Positions 12,621 to 24,071 of a stretch of 64,000 nt of DNA are shown one piece after another. Under the pieces are notes generated by a model. That model did not search any database. It saw only the letters and a list, made by a program, of their open reading frames with translations, and was not told the origin of the DNA. The stretch lies in NCBI RefSeq assembly GCF_964188315.1, contig NC_135661.1, positions 54,374,001 to 54,438,000 of the forward strand, written 5' to 3'. Each line of letters opens with the position of its first letter. Position 1 is the stretch's first letter. The stretch is from Podarcis muralis. Its lineage: Eukaryota. The translations under genes were made by a program, and so were the position numbers.

Positions 12621-15600
12621 ATGTTTGCCTGGCACTCACCATAGAGCTGCTGGATGCCACGAAGGTCGTCATCTGGCAGCTGGAAGTTTTCTGTGTCCAT
12701 CCACTGATAGAAAGGAGCCATGATGGCGCTGGGGTTGTTGGAATGCTCCAGGCCCAAGGAATGCCCCAGCTCATGGACGGCCACCAGGAAGAGGTTGTTC
12801 CCTGTTGACAACAGGGAAGGATCGTTCCCCAGCTCCACTCACTTCCGCACTGGACAAGAAACACTTCCCCTCGATTCCACTGCTTATTAGGCTGACGTGG
12901 AGGAGGAATCCCAGCCAACCCCACCCATGGCCAACCATTAGGCAGGGCCCAACTGAGGTTCCTGATTTTCCAGGCCAATGTCAATGTCAGATCCCTTTGC
13001 CCATGGCAAGAAGAGCACCACTCCTTCCTTACATCCTTCTCAGGCCCGAGATTCTTCCTTACCAGAGACGTCGGCATTCTCAAGGGTCCAGGGCTCATCC
13101 AAGTCAAAGTGCGCGTCTCCTCCCATACCGGGACCCGGGAAGTATGCATGCGCCAGAAAGCCCCCGGTGCCATCAAAGGGGGAGCTGTCCCCATGGAATC
13201 CAGAGGCAAAGAGCACCATGATGTCTGCTTCCTTCCTCCTCTTGTGCCGGATTTCATCGTAGGGGATCTCCTGGAAGATGAGGGGCGTCACTCGTTCCCA
13301 CACCTGGAAGGCTCGGCGGACGGCATCGTAAGAGTAGTAGAGCCCCAACTTCTCTGTGTAGTTCTGGATGCTGGGAACACAGAAGGATGGGCATTACTGG
13401 AAGCGGGAACCATGCAAGGCAAGCCTTCCCCACAGCTGCAACGCCACGTGCCTTTTAGTCCCAAGGAGCCCTTCAGCAGCAAAGATGCACACCAGCAAAA
13501 AGTTACTGAAAGGCAGGTGTGGCGGAGAGGCAAAGACTGGCAGATGAATTCCACAGAGGCTTACGGCAAGGATGAATGGAGAGTGGACTGCCCTGCTCAC
13601 AGAAGCAACTGGCCCCTGTTTCATATTGTGATTGCTGAGGCTTTGGTGCTCCAGAAAACGCAAGCAGGCAGAGGAGGAGAGGGTGTGTTGAGTGCACATC
13701 TGGGGCAGGTCACCCTTTTGCTAAGAAGAGGCAACTTTGCATTTGATCTCGAGGTCTCACCTGGGGTTTTTTTCCCTCCACTGTACCTCAACCCACATGT
13801 GGGTCTATATATCGCTGCTGCCATCACCACCTTCGTGCCCAGCGTATGTGGCACAGCTGACGAGGCAGGCCGTTTCCTACAGAGGCTCAGAGGCTCAAAA
13901 AACTGGTCAGCCTTTAATGTCCTAGAGAATCTATAGGGAGAATGCTTTCCCCCCCCTTTCTGCAGGATCCTGACCCAGCTATTCTAGGCATCTCTGGAAA
14001 AGCAGCAGGGACCAAATGAGGGGACTCTCTGTCCACTCGCAGCATAATCCACATGAATACCATGCAGTACCCAGTGCAAAATGCAAGGCAAAACTTCCTA
14101 GGCTAACTCGGCTTCCTATTCTTCAGAGATGTTGCTAGTCTCTATGGCGGCATAGAAAAGTCAGCAAGGGGTGGGGCCTCTGAATTATGCTCCCTCCCCA
14201 TCTTCCACTTTGCCCCGCCTAATGCTGCCCATCTCTCCTTTGTTTCTCAAAGCGTTTTGAATTCTGTAATTCCAGACTCTGCAAACTAAAGATGATTATC
14301 AAGCGTATTTCTGCAAAATTGTATCATGCACGTTTTAAAGCACAAAGACATTTGCAAAGTCTTCAGGCTTCTGTCAACTCTACAGCCCGTTCCTGCCCCC
14401 CACCAAAGGTTCCCTCCCCAAACAGTCCTGCTTCATGCCTCAGCAGCTGTGGAACGTACCTGAAGCTCAGGTGAGCCTGGCTCCACCTCCGCCCAGTCAG
14501 TGCATAGCGCTTCCGCCGCATGTTGGCCTTGACTTGAGCCCCAATCTTGTCGGCGACGCCGCAGCGGGGCCGCTTCATCCACCTGCAAGCAACAGTCAAG
14601 CCTAAGCCCTCATACACATACACAGGACACCAAGAGCCAGCACCCATCCCCACTTGCTCAAAAGCGATTCTCTTGCAGAAATGAATTTGGGAATTCCCAC
14701 ATTAAAAGCTGAAGGAAGTCGCCCCCATCTCCACTTGCCTTGCTCTTGCAAAGTGCTAAGGTGAACAACTGGGTGCTTGGAAGGATGGGGAGAGAGAGAG
14801 GAGACTCCCATCTAACAGAAAGATCGGTGGCAAAAGGATGGAGGAAGAGAGGGCTGAGCTGGCAGCAGGAAGGAGCGTCCTTCACAACACCCATTGTATC
14901 CTCCTGGAGTTTCCCTTGCCGTGCTTCAGTTCTCCAACAAGGAGAAATGCCTCTTCCCATCACAGGTGACCTGCAGGAGGAAGACCTTCAGAACAGGAAA
15001 AAACTTACGCTTTTGTCTCTTCATCCAGAACGCCTGTCACAGGGATGCCATAGAAGCTCTGCATCTCAGAGAGGGCTGAGGAGAGGGTCTGAGCTGAGCG
15101 CAGGGTGGACATCTGGCGGTTGGACTGCGGAAGGTAGCCATAGAACTGTAACCAGCCCTGCAAGTGAAGAGGAGCCCCTGTCATCAGCGTGCAAAAAGCC
15201 ACACCACCTGCAATCACACAGCTGAAATATTTCCTTTCTGCTTTAAAACGCCTAAGCCTTCCTTATGTGGGGTATTGTCAAGCACTCCAAAAGTAAAGCA
15301 ACTTTCAATGTATTTTGAGTCAGACAATTCCTTAAAATAAAATTTAAAAACCCTTCCTGTGTGCCCATGCAAGAGTTAAAACCCAGGACCTCCAGTTTAA
15401 GCCCTACTATCACACTGGCAAACTTTCTACAAATTAATATGTAGCCGCTATTAGGTGGTGACCCCCATTTTCAGACTAGAAATTGAAGGGGGAAGGCCCA
15501 GCTTCATGAACACATTTCTCAAGCTGGCAACCAAGACTATTTATGAAACAGGAATGGTCTGTAGCCTGCAGGCCAATTTTGGCCCACGAGGCCATTTTCC

Positions 15601-18600
15601 CCATTAGTGGTGTCAGCTGATGGGCAGGAGGACAGGGTATAATTCTGCCTCATCTAAGAAAATGATCCTGCAGCCTAGGCATCAGGATTTAATCCCCATT
15701 CATCATCTGATGAGCTAAGATTAAAGCCCTTTGTCCTTCTACTTGAAAAGGGTTGGTGGTGGTACCTGTGGAGTTGTGTGGAACTCCCCCATACCCTGTT
15801 GACACCCACCCACTGCTCCAAATGACACCTTTGCAAAGGGAAAGCCCCTTTCAGAAGCCCCTGCCTCCCCCCTCTAACTACCAGAGCTGCTTCACATAGC
15901 CCTTTTGCAAAAGGCAAGACTATTAAGCACCATAATGGCATTGTGTGATTGGCAGGGTGTGGCCCTGCCCACCTGTCCAATTTGGCCCAAGAGGCAGATC
16001 CCCACCCCTGAACAGATCAGCTCAGTCTGAGGTGCCCTTATTCCATGTGGGACGTTCCAGCTAGCAACAAATCTTGTGAGTGGGTCGGCTTCTCAGCCAA
16101 CTCCTGAATAGGACAATTGTCTAGTGAATGAGCAGCTGGTAGTCTTGTTGACCCGCACACTCTGAAGCACAGAATCATAAGCTGGAGGCAGACAACAGAT
16201 TTTCATCAGGTTGGAAGTGGTGCAGCAGACGCCTTGTTACATGTGGAAGACCCCCATTCCTTGACTTGGTCCCCCGTCATCCCTGGTTAAACTGGGTTTT
16301 TAAAATATGCTTTACTATCAATAATGCAGAATAAATATATTAGTAACAACCATACAAAGAAAACAACCAAACAATAACAGAATCCATTTAGTATTAGTCA
16401 TACATGAGAAGCACAAGAAAAAAAACATGAATTAAGATTAATTCACTTTTTAATATTAATCATTACTAATTTTGTAAAGACAAGGCTACGATCTGCCAAT
16501 AACAAATGCATGAGAGAAATCTCCAGAATTACAACAAAGGTAAGTAAAAATAAATAAAATATTAAACAAGAGCCAGTATTTAGCCTGACTATCTTCACAA
16601 GCTCTACAAGTCTACAGTGTACAGCACAGAGTTCCCAAGATCCTGGTCACTGATCTCCATTGTCATGCCTTTTAGCTATCACAGGCTCCATAAATTTGCA
16701 TGTTTCTGCTGGTATATTTCTTTCCTCTGCTCTATAATTTATATATTTAATAAAGTCAAATGAGACTGGGTAGAAGACCCTTTTCTCGATAGCCCTTTGT
16801 GCAGATGAACTTTACATACCAAATTTCCACCGTTGGTTTATCCGTGTACTTTCCAAAGTGTGTGATGGTCAGTTGCTGCCGTTATCAATTAGCACATTAT
16901 TTTTATAATCCAAATTTTGGCCATCCCAGATGGTCAAAATCACGAGGGTGGGAATTGCTAGTGTTTCTTGGTGAGTAATACATTGGACTTCTTCAACACA
17001 TGACTCCTGAAAATTGCCACTTCGGGGCAATTCCACCATTTATTTATTTATTTATTTAATTACATTTATATCCCACCTTCTTCTCTAAGCTCAAGCATGG
17101 TTCTTCCCCCATCTCATTTAATCATCACAACAACCCTGTGAGGTAGGTTAGGCTGAGAAGCAAGGTCACCAGGTGACTTCACGTCTGAGTAGGATTTGAA
17201 CCCTGGACTCTCAGGTCCTAGTCTGACACACTAACCACTATACCACAGAGAGGGATATCAAGGTGGGAGTGTGTGCCCTTTCCTTGTCCAACAAATCAGC
17301 AAGTCTGTGAAGATGACCAGGAGATGCAAGGCAATTAAACTGATGTAAGATACCAGCAAAAGATGGTTTTAAGCCAGGCATAGGCAAACTCAGTCCTCCA
17401 GATGTTTTGGGACTACAACTCCCATCATCCCCAACCACTGGTCCTGTTAGCTAGGGATGACGGGAGTTGTAGTCCCAAAACATCTGGAGGGCAGAGTTTG
17501 CTTATGCCTGCTTTAAGAATTGTTTCCTTGACACTGAGCCCAAGAGCCTTGCTATTCCAAGTTTCCCTCAAGCTGCACCGTCCACATCAGTGCCGAGACC
17601 AAGATTCTTTCAAACTCTGTGACCTCCCCATGTCCAGTGATAATAAATTTTTGGAAACTTGCCCATTTAAGACAATACAGCCACCCCCAACCTGGTGCCC
17701 TCCAGATGTTGCTGGACTGACTACAACTCCCATCAGCCCCACCCAACACACCATACTGATGGGAGCTGCAGGGCACCAAGTTGGCGAAGGCAGATTTCAC
17801 ATTTGCAGCCTTGCACCATTCCTTCAAAGTCAGCCTAAGTTCTCACTCACGTCTCCATACATTTTGCCTTGCAGGAAAGCAACTACTTCCTTAATACTGA
17901 GCCACTGCTCTCTAACACACCCAAAGCCTCCTGCAAAGTTCTCTCACCTCTGGTGGGGGGGGGGGGAGAAGACCTTGGCTTGTATTGCTCTCACAGGCTG
18001 TGAAGAGAGCATTTTTTAAAAATCCAATTGAATTATTAGAATAGAAATCCGGTCTTGGCACTGATAACATGCAAGTTGTAACTTAGCAAGAGAAGGCTCT
18101 GCTGAAAATGCTTCACCACCTCACTAACTGCAAACACAGACACCACAACTACTCATGGCTGGTGTGTGTGCTGTTGCTGCAGCCTGTGAACACATAGACC
18201 ACTGGGCTCCCTCATGCACATCTCCTCTGAGACAGGAGGTCCTCCCAGCCACTGATTCAAGGGCATCTGCTGCCAACTGTACCTGTTTTCAGGGCTGCAG
18301 CCCAAAACTCTTCCCACCCCCTATTTATTTCCCCCCAGGAAGGTGTCTTGGGCTTCCCTGCACTTTCCTGACTGTGCTGGGTGGTGCCCACTGCAGGCAT
18401 TCACCTGTCCTTGCAGTGCTAGCCTAGGTCCTGGGGCTGCCAACTTCTGCCACTCATGTCCAGGTGGGTGAGGACAAAACTAACCAGGATGAGAAGTTTG
18501 CAATCTTTTGACAAGAACCCCTTTGGTATCCTCTCCTCCCCCCTTTTTGTGAATGGTCATTCTGGAAAGTAGAGGTCACATTGAGGTTCCCAGCAGCCTT

Positions 18601-19541
18601 CACCAACCTGGTGCCCAGCAGATATTTTGGATCACAATTTCCACCATCCCCGACCTTTGTTTGTGCTGGCTGGGGCCGCAGCCCAAAGCATCGGGATGGT
18701 ACCAACTTGGCAAAGGCTGTCCGGAAGACCGTGGCAGCCCAGCCAAAGCTGGGCCTGGGTCCTGAGTTGATCTAGAACCCAGGGCTCTCCTCCGCCCTTT
18801 ACACTGCCAGGGCAGGAGGACTTTGCCAAGAAAGGTCCCTCTAGCCTCCCTCTTCCAGTCTTGGATCAAAGCTCTCCAAAGCTTAAGAGCAAAATAAAAG
18901 GCAACCCCAGCACCCCTCAACCCCACATAATTTGGGCATAGCTGGGCACCTGTCAGGCCATCAAGCCCGAAGCAGAAACAGACCTAAAGAAGAAGAACTG
19001 AGCGCTCCTCTTCCCACGAGTTGCTTGTTCCAAGGCCAGACTCGCTTTCCCCCTATTTGTACTCGGCCCCTCCAGCTGCGGGCCACGATGGAGTCGCCCT
19101 TCCCGGGGCGAGGGGCGGGAGCAGGCTGGGGCCCCCACGTGGGCCCTCGGTTGCTTGGGTCTTCCCCGGGCCGGCGCGCTGCGACGTTGCCCCGCCGACT
19201 ACCTGCGCTCTCCGGGCTGGAGCCCGGGGCGCAGGTGGCCGTCTAGGGAGCGCAAGGCAGGGCTGCTGCCGGTGCCGCCACCTCCTGGACGCCTCCCGCG
19301 GGCCCAGTCCGCCCCTTCCCCTCGGAGCGCCGCTCTTTTGTTCCGCCGGCGGGCAGGCAGGAGACATTGCCCGGGCGGCCTGCCTGGCCAAGGCGCAACA
19401 AGAAGCGCAGCAGAGCGGGGGACCTACCTCGGCGTCCACTTCGCCCGGGACTGGCCCCGCCGAGGCCCGCAGCAGCAGCAGCAGAACCCCCAGCAGCAGC
19501 AGCAGCAGCAGCGAGGGCTGCGGACAGCCTCCGCCTCCCAT
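7472..19541 (-). CDS. MMP15: Matrix metalloproteinase-15 (MT2-MMP), complete, 10 coding exons, 660 aa: complement(join(7472..7986,9685..9800,10588..10738,11177..11315,11830..12035,12640..12801,13063..13370,14460..14582,15009..15157,19428..19541))
   Basis: All introns GT-AG with consistent phase, total 1983 nt. Poly-Leu signal peptide, cysteine switch PRCGVAD, furin site RRKR, zinc motif [11 protein letters not shown] plus Met-turn AIMAP, proline hinge, hemopexin repeats, TM helix, cytoplasmic tail [14 protein letters not shown]. Closest to human MMP15 as recalled; position next to USB1 agrees. Confidence 0.96.
9685..9800 (-). CDS. MMP15: MMP15 exon 9 (hemopexin); not shown in the ORF track
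   Basis: 116 nt; [38 protein letters not shown]; ctag acceptor, a|gtaagt donor. Confidence 0.94.
9811..9878 (-). mobile_element. 3' fragment of the same CR1-tailed element, adjacent to the MMP15 exon 9 acceptor
   Basis: Reverse complement matches 20150-20217. Confidence 0.8.
9995..10348 (+). mobile_element. Full-length Sauria-type SINE (lacertid), in MMP15 intron 8
   Basis: tRNA-like head with B-box GTTCGAATCC, (ACCTTT)n tail, 12-bp TSD TTACAGACCCTG at 9982-9993 and 10349-10360. Confidence 0.92.
10588..10738 (-). CDS. MMP15: MMP15 exon 8 (hemopexin)
   Basis: 151 nt; [19 protein letters not shown]...[14 protein letters not shown]. Confidence 0.96.
11177..11315 (-). CDS. MMP15: MMP15 exon 7 (hemopexin)
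   Basis: 139 nt; [28 protein letters not shown]. Confidence 0.96.
11329..11482 (-). mobile_element. Degenerate tRNA-derived SINE (same family as 26922-27078)
   Basis: Shared CATAGG-AGCTGC...CCATC-AGCTCAGTA-TGTCTA...GGTTTCAG...TGAACC motif order. Confidence 0.7.
11830..12035 (-). CDS. MMP15: MMP15 exon 6 (proline-rich hinge, start of hemopexin domain)
   Basis: 206 nt; [15 protein letters not shown]...[21 protein letters not shown]. Confidence 0.95.
12075..12430 (-). mobile_element. L2 LINE 3' fragment in MMP15 intron 5, same sense as the gene
   Basis: GGAAGGGAATTCCAGAGCCAAGGCACCACCACAGAAAAGGCCC resembles 43380-43420; A-rich tail. Confidence 0.7.
12586..12619. repeat. (AC)17 microsatellite about 20 nt from the MMP15 exon 5 donor
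   Basis: Read directly. Confidence 0.95.
12640..12801 (-). CDS. MMP15: MMP15 exon 5 (catalytic zinc site)
   Basis: 162 nt; [18 protein letters not shown]. Confidence 0.97.
13063..13370 (-). CDS. MMP15: MMP15 exon 4 (catalytic domain with MT-loop)
   Basis: 308 nt; IQNYTEKLG...[15 protein letters not shown]. Confidence 0.96.
14460..14582 (-). CDS. MMP15: MMP15 exon 3 (cysteine switch and furin site)
   Basis: [40 protein letters not shown]; AG/GT ends. Confidence 0.95.
15009..15157 (-). CDS. MMP15: MMP15 exon 2 (propeptide [11 protein letters not shown]...VLDEETK)
   Basis: 149 nt, ttgcag acceptor, gc|gtaag donor. Confidence 0.95.
16300..17030 (-). mobile_element. Possible highly degenerate L1-like 3' remnant in MMP15 intron 1
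   Basis: AT-rich block; weak [10 protein letters not shown] motif resembling L1 ORF2 C-termini; not confirmed. Confidence 0.3.
17040..17248 (-). mobile_element. MIR-like / L2-tailed SINE; further copies at about 30200-30428(-) and 41645-41875(-)
   Basis: Core CACAACAACCCTGTGAGGTAG-TTAGGCTGAGA, reverse B-box TTTGAACC; three mutually similar copies. Confidence 0.75.
17375..17510. mobile_element. hAT palindromic MITE, same family as 46610-46746
   Basis: Same TIRs; TSD TTTTAAGC/CTTTAAGA (6 of 8 match). Confidence 0.9.
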
Positions 19542-20060
19542 GCTGGACGCCGCGCTTGCTCCTCTCTCGGTCCACAGTACGAGCCGCCGCCGTCCTTGCC
19601 CCGGGCCTAGCCAGGCCCCCTTCGCTACTTGTGGCCCGCCCGCCTCTGCTGTTGCTGCCGCCGCCGCCGCGCCTCGGCCATCGCCTTTGTGTGGCGGGCT
19701 GGCGCTCCAGCCGCGGCGCTGCGCCCGTCCCGTCTGCTCGCCGCTCCCTCGCCCGGCTGGCTCAGCGGAATGCTCCAAGCGCCGCCCGCCCGCCCTGCGC
19801 TGGGCTGGGCTTGTGGCGGTCGCCGCCTAACGGCCAGCCGACTCACTGACCGCCTCTCAAGCCCAGGAGCCAGTCCGGAAGGCCCCCGAGGGACGGGCAG
19901 CTAGCAGCCCCACGCCTCCAGGCTCAAACCGGAACGAGGCGGCGGCTTGGCCGTCTGGGCTCCGAGTCCACGCTTGTAGCTGTTTCAGTCCTGGGGGGCG
20001 GGGTCCCTGTGCGTTTGCTTAAATAGGATTCGGCGGGGCCCCCAAAGCCTCGGAAGCGGC
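19050..20060. promoter_or_regulatory. CpG island / promoter and exon 1 of MMP15
   Basis: Very GC- and CpG-rich against a CpG-depleted background; GC box GGGGCGGGG near 19995. Confidence 0.85.
19428..19541 (-). CDS. MMP15: MMP15 exon 1 (signal peptide [38 protein letters not shown])
   Basis: ATG at 19541 in strong Kozak context (agcATGG); donor GAG|GTAGGT; lies in CpG island. Confidence 0.9.
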
Positions 20061-20079
20061 GGGAGGACTGACACGAGCA

Positions 20080-20217
20080 GAGGATAGTTCATTTGGTGAG
20101 CGCATGGTGCTGATAACGCGACGGTTGCAGGTTCGATCCCCGTATATTCCTGCCTAGCAGGGGGTTGGACTAAATGACCCGTGGGGTCCCTTCCAACTCA
20201 ACCATTCTATGATTCTA
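20080..20217 (+). mobile_element. tRNA-Ile-derived SINE with CR1-type 3' tail
   Basis: Head resembles tRNA-Ile (GGTGCTGATAACGC...GGTTCGATCCCCGTA), no acceptor-stem 3' strand, ends ATTCTATGATTCT. Confidence 0.8.
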
Positions 20218-20674
20218 AGATATTTCACCGCACTTGATCGAAGTTATTGCTATTTAGACGTCAAGACTTACACTCAGCACCGTTCTATAGAATCATTTAT
20301 TTATATTGTTATAATGAAACTTTCCCTCAAAAGGCAAGGGCAGAAGCGACAGGTGCAATGCCCAGCCCAACAGTGTTTACTCAGAGGGTAAAGCCTGCTG
20401 AGTCCAAAAGGGCTCACTTCCAAGGAAGCGTGCAAAGAATTATTGCCTTAGCAACTTTCATGTACTACACTCAAAACAGCTTCTCTTCACCTGCCCCACC
20501 CCACTCTTGAAATTGCTCAAGTTCACTTTGAATGTGGAGCAGCTTAAAGGCTAGAAAAGCATCCGCCACCCATCCCAAAAAGCTGCCTGCCTGGTTTTGG
20601 CACTTCTCTACCTAGTCCCACCAGGACCAGGCTAATCCATAAGTTATGGATTTGTTGCCAGTTAGCACCTTCCC

Positions 20675-20764
20675 AGCTCCCTAGGCCAATAAAGCAAGAT
20701 GAGCGTTGCAACCCCAGAATCGGCCACGACTGGACCTAATGGTCAGGGGTCCCTTTACCTTTTA
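20675..20764 (+). mobile_element. Sauria SINE 3' fragment
   Basis: Near-identical to the 3' end of 9995-10348. Confidence 0.85.
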
Positions 20765-22329
20765 ATATTTGGCTGCTCAGCAACTGTGGCCTTAATTAGA
20801 CACCAGTTCAGAAGTAAAATTTCACTGAAGACAGTGGGATTTCTTCCAAACAGAGAAGAGGATATGGGCTGTTATTAAGAACAGCTGGGAAATTCTGTTC
20901 AATGCAAAACCAAGTAACTTGCAGAAAAGGTTTGGCCTTTGCCAATCTGGTGACCTCCAGGTGGACTACAATTCCCATCAGCAGTCCACAACCTCTGGAG
21001 GGTGCCAGGTTGGCAAAGGCTGTTCCTAAACAATGATTGGTGGAGAAGGGCCACAGTGGGCAATAGAACTGGCCTGGCAAGAGCCGCATAAAGCCAACGC
21101 AAATTGAATTCGTATTTTAACTCCTGCTCTTTTGCTTACTTTGTGACGTTGATCAGGACTTTGCCTCTTCCCTGGTAAACAGAGTTCAGCAGCAACTGTC
21201 AGTGCATAGTTAAGAACCTTTCTCGGTTGGGTGATAAAATTAGGTGTTCTTGTTTTTATCTATTGGGAATCAGCTTTGGCTTGGGTTTATTGCATTTTCT
21301 GCCAAAAGATATGGCATCCCTAACACAATCTGACCAGAAGTGCATTAAGGTCAGCACCATCTTTTTCTCACAGAGGTGTTTCCGGGCAACCGATAAGCAG
21401 GACACAGAAGATGACAGCTGCTTCCCGCAACGTGTATTCAGAGGAATTCTTCCTGTGACGCCGGACCTTCAGCACATACCCATAGGAAGGAGGAGGCCAT
21501 AGCTCAGGGACAAAGTTGATGCTCTACTTGTAGAAAAGTCCAGGTTCCACCCTCGCATCTCTAGGTGGGCTAGCAGAGAGAGCCAGTGGCCTATAGACAA
21601 TACTGAGCTGGGTAGGTTATTAGCCTCAATTGATACTTGAGAGAATTGCCTTGTCCCTTATATGCCTCCAGTGGGTCACTGGAGGAGAGCTTCTCCTTTC
21701 AAGCCCCCAGACATCAGAAGTCCACTCCATAGTGGTTTGGAGCAGGGGTCTCAGCCTGGCTGCACCTGTTTTGTGCAACGGCATTCCTGTCGAGATACAA
21801 CAGGTGCTCACTTCTGTGCTTCCGGAAACAACTGAAGGAATTTTCTGTTTTGACAAGCTTTTCCAGCTGGAGGAGAAGAGTCTTAGGTGCTCATTTTGTA
21901 TTTTATTTTTGTACTGTTTTAAAAACTATTTAAGAGCATTTTTAATGTGCGCTTTTTGTTAATTGCTTTGACACAGATGCAGATGAAAAAGGTCATTCAT
22001 AAATGAATTATAATGAAGCAACTTTATCAATTGCTGTCCAAAGATTTGTTAAATACTCCTTTACAGCCCCATTATTACAACTCGTGGGAGCAAACTCTAT
22101 AAACTGTGTATTGTATGTGGTGCTACAGCCTTCCTTAGCCTGGCGCCCTCTGGATGTTTTGGACTACAAGTCCTATTAGCTATGCTGGCTGGGGCTTGTG
22201 GGAATTGTGGTCCAAAACATCTGAGGGCACTAGGTAAGGGAAGCCTGAGGCAAGACTTTAAATCTGTCCTGAATCAACTGCCAATCTATCTCATTAAGTG
22301 GACCCACCTTATAATACTATAAGGGAGAA

Positions 22330-22590
22330 TATTTTCTGGATATGTTGCATAATTTTATAAACCTTCATTGTATTCCCCTTCCTTGCACAAGCTCCCCTCT
22401 CCCAGCTAAAAAAAACCCTCAAACCCTTTAGCTTTTCCTCCTTCTGCAAGTACTCTAACTAATTGGTTGCTTGGGTTATTTTTCTGTACCCCTTCCAGCT
22501 CTACAATGTATTTTAATTTATTTTTTTTTAGTTATGACAACCAGAACTGTACATAGTATTGCAAGTGCAGCCCATGTAACAGATTCATGT
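22330..22590 (-). mobile_element. Degenerate CR1 internal fragment
   Basis: Reverse match to the RT region of 52848-53431 (CCAGAACTGTACATAGTATT). Confidence 0.65.
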
Positions 22591-22852
22591 ACTATGCTGG
22601 CTATCTTTGAGGCAGCAAGGCTTCTGAATACCAGTTGCTGGAAACCTCAGGAGGGGAGAAGGCTCTTGAGCTCAGGTCCTGCTTTCGGGCATCTTCTTGG
22701 CCACTTTGAGAACAGGACTAGATGGGCCATTGGCGTGACCCAGAAGGGCTCTTCTTATGTTCTTATTTTCAGTCCATATCCTAATATTCCCTAGCATGGA
22801 ATTTGCCTGCCCCGGGCATTAGAGACAGCAGCTCCAACAACAGGAAACTATA

Positions 22853-22858
22853 TTTATT
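22853..22858 (-). terminator. Candidate USB1 poly(A) signal
   Basis: AATAAA about 1.1 kb after the stop codon. Confidence 0.45.
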
Positions 22859-23966
22859 AAAAACTGTTGATACAGTTTCTCACTGAAAATTCCAAGGCAG
22901 ATTGTAACAGCAATATAAAACTTAATTCAAACCTTTGCAGATTTATTTACACTTATAAAAAAATATTTAATACCGTCTTTCAGCTCCAATTGGCACCCCA
23001 CCCCCCAATACCGCAAATCAAGGCTGTTTTTCCTACACTCTGTTCTTAAACCAGTTGTAAGTTGGTACATGTATACCTGTCCTGTTTTACCCCACAGAAC
23101 TCTGGTGTGGTGGCCTTTTGGGCAAGCTGAGAATTCCCTGAGAGATACCTTTATAGACCCTTTATGCAGCCCGTACCAACCTGGTGGCCTCCAGAAGTTT
23201 TGGACTACAATTCCCATCGGCCCCAACCAGCATGGGATGGGGAGAAAGACAGGGCAATTAAACCTCCATAAGATGCAGACTGTGAAGTGATGGTAAGGAA
23301 AGCCAACTCAACACTGACCCCTGGCGGTTATCTGGCCAATTGACAAAAACACTACCCAATGCCCCTTCTCGCACCTCCACGTACCCCAATATATAGACTG
23401 GTGGCTATTGAAAGTGTCCACACAAGGTGGGGATCTGTACTTCTGTTTCTCATTTGATCCATTTTTAGCTAACAGCTCAGTCCGACAGCCAGGAGGCTTC
23501 ATGCTCTCAACTAGCAAGGATGCTTTTGAGCCAAATGCTTCTTGTGACATCAGCTTTAGGGGCAGGCAGGGATCCTCTCAAACTTCTAATGGGTAATTTC
23601 TGTTGTCCTCCAGATCAGGAGAGATTCCACTCAGCTGTTGTCCACTTCAAAACTGAGCATCTTTTTCAACTGGCCCTCAGAACTGAATGGCACTTTTGCA
23701 TGTCACAACTCCCTCAATAATCATCCTGGCACAAAGCTGTGGCTGTTAATGTAGCCTCTGCATTCTTTTGTAGCACTGGACCCTTCACCTTAGGCCAATC
23801 ACTTGCAAGACCCTTAACAATGAGCAATGGGGGCAAGGGGCTACCACCATCTTACTGCTGAGCCACGAATATCATTTGTTGCTTCCGACCATTCCTTGTG
23901 TCCTGGCAAAACAGTAGGTAAGGTCCATCCTCAGCTGGCGGCTGCTGCGGATTATTCTCCCAGCTC

Positions 23967-24071
23967 CTACCGTAAAGGGAAGGAGAAGATCTTCTTGCCA
24001 GACTTGCAACGGACTTCGGCCCCAGGGATTCGCACAAGGTATGAAGAGTCCTCAAACCTATTCACAATCTC
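23967..24071 (-). CDS. USB1: USB1 exon 7 coding part
   Basis: [34 protein letters not shown]. Confidence 0.94.
   Translation of the reverse strand, partial: EIVNRFEDSSYLVRIPGAEVRCKSGKKIFSFPLR

Noticed and set aside
12442-13257. 271-aa minus-strand ORF spanning MMP15 exons 4-5
   Set aside because: Alternative frame running through introns and a microsatellite; no coherent protein.
13235-13262. Second furin-like site RHKR in the MMP15 MT-loop
   Set aside because: Human MMP15 has RLRR at the same position as I recall it, so this is not a new feature.
19021-19904. Several 100-270 aa ORFs in the MMP15 island, including an apparent 79-aa N-terminal extension from 19778
   Set aside because: Stop-poor GC-rich DNA. 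19778 is TTG and 19575 is GTG; the first in-frame ATG is 19541 with a strong Kozak context.
20080-20145. tRNA-Ile(GAT) gene
   Set aside because: D-arm and A-box are degenerate, the 3' acceptor strand is missing, and it runs directly into a CR1-type tail. It is a SINE head.
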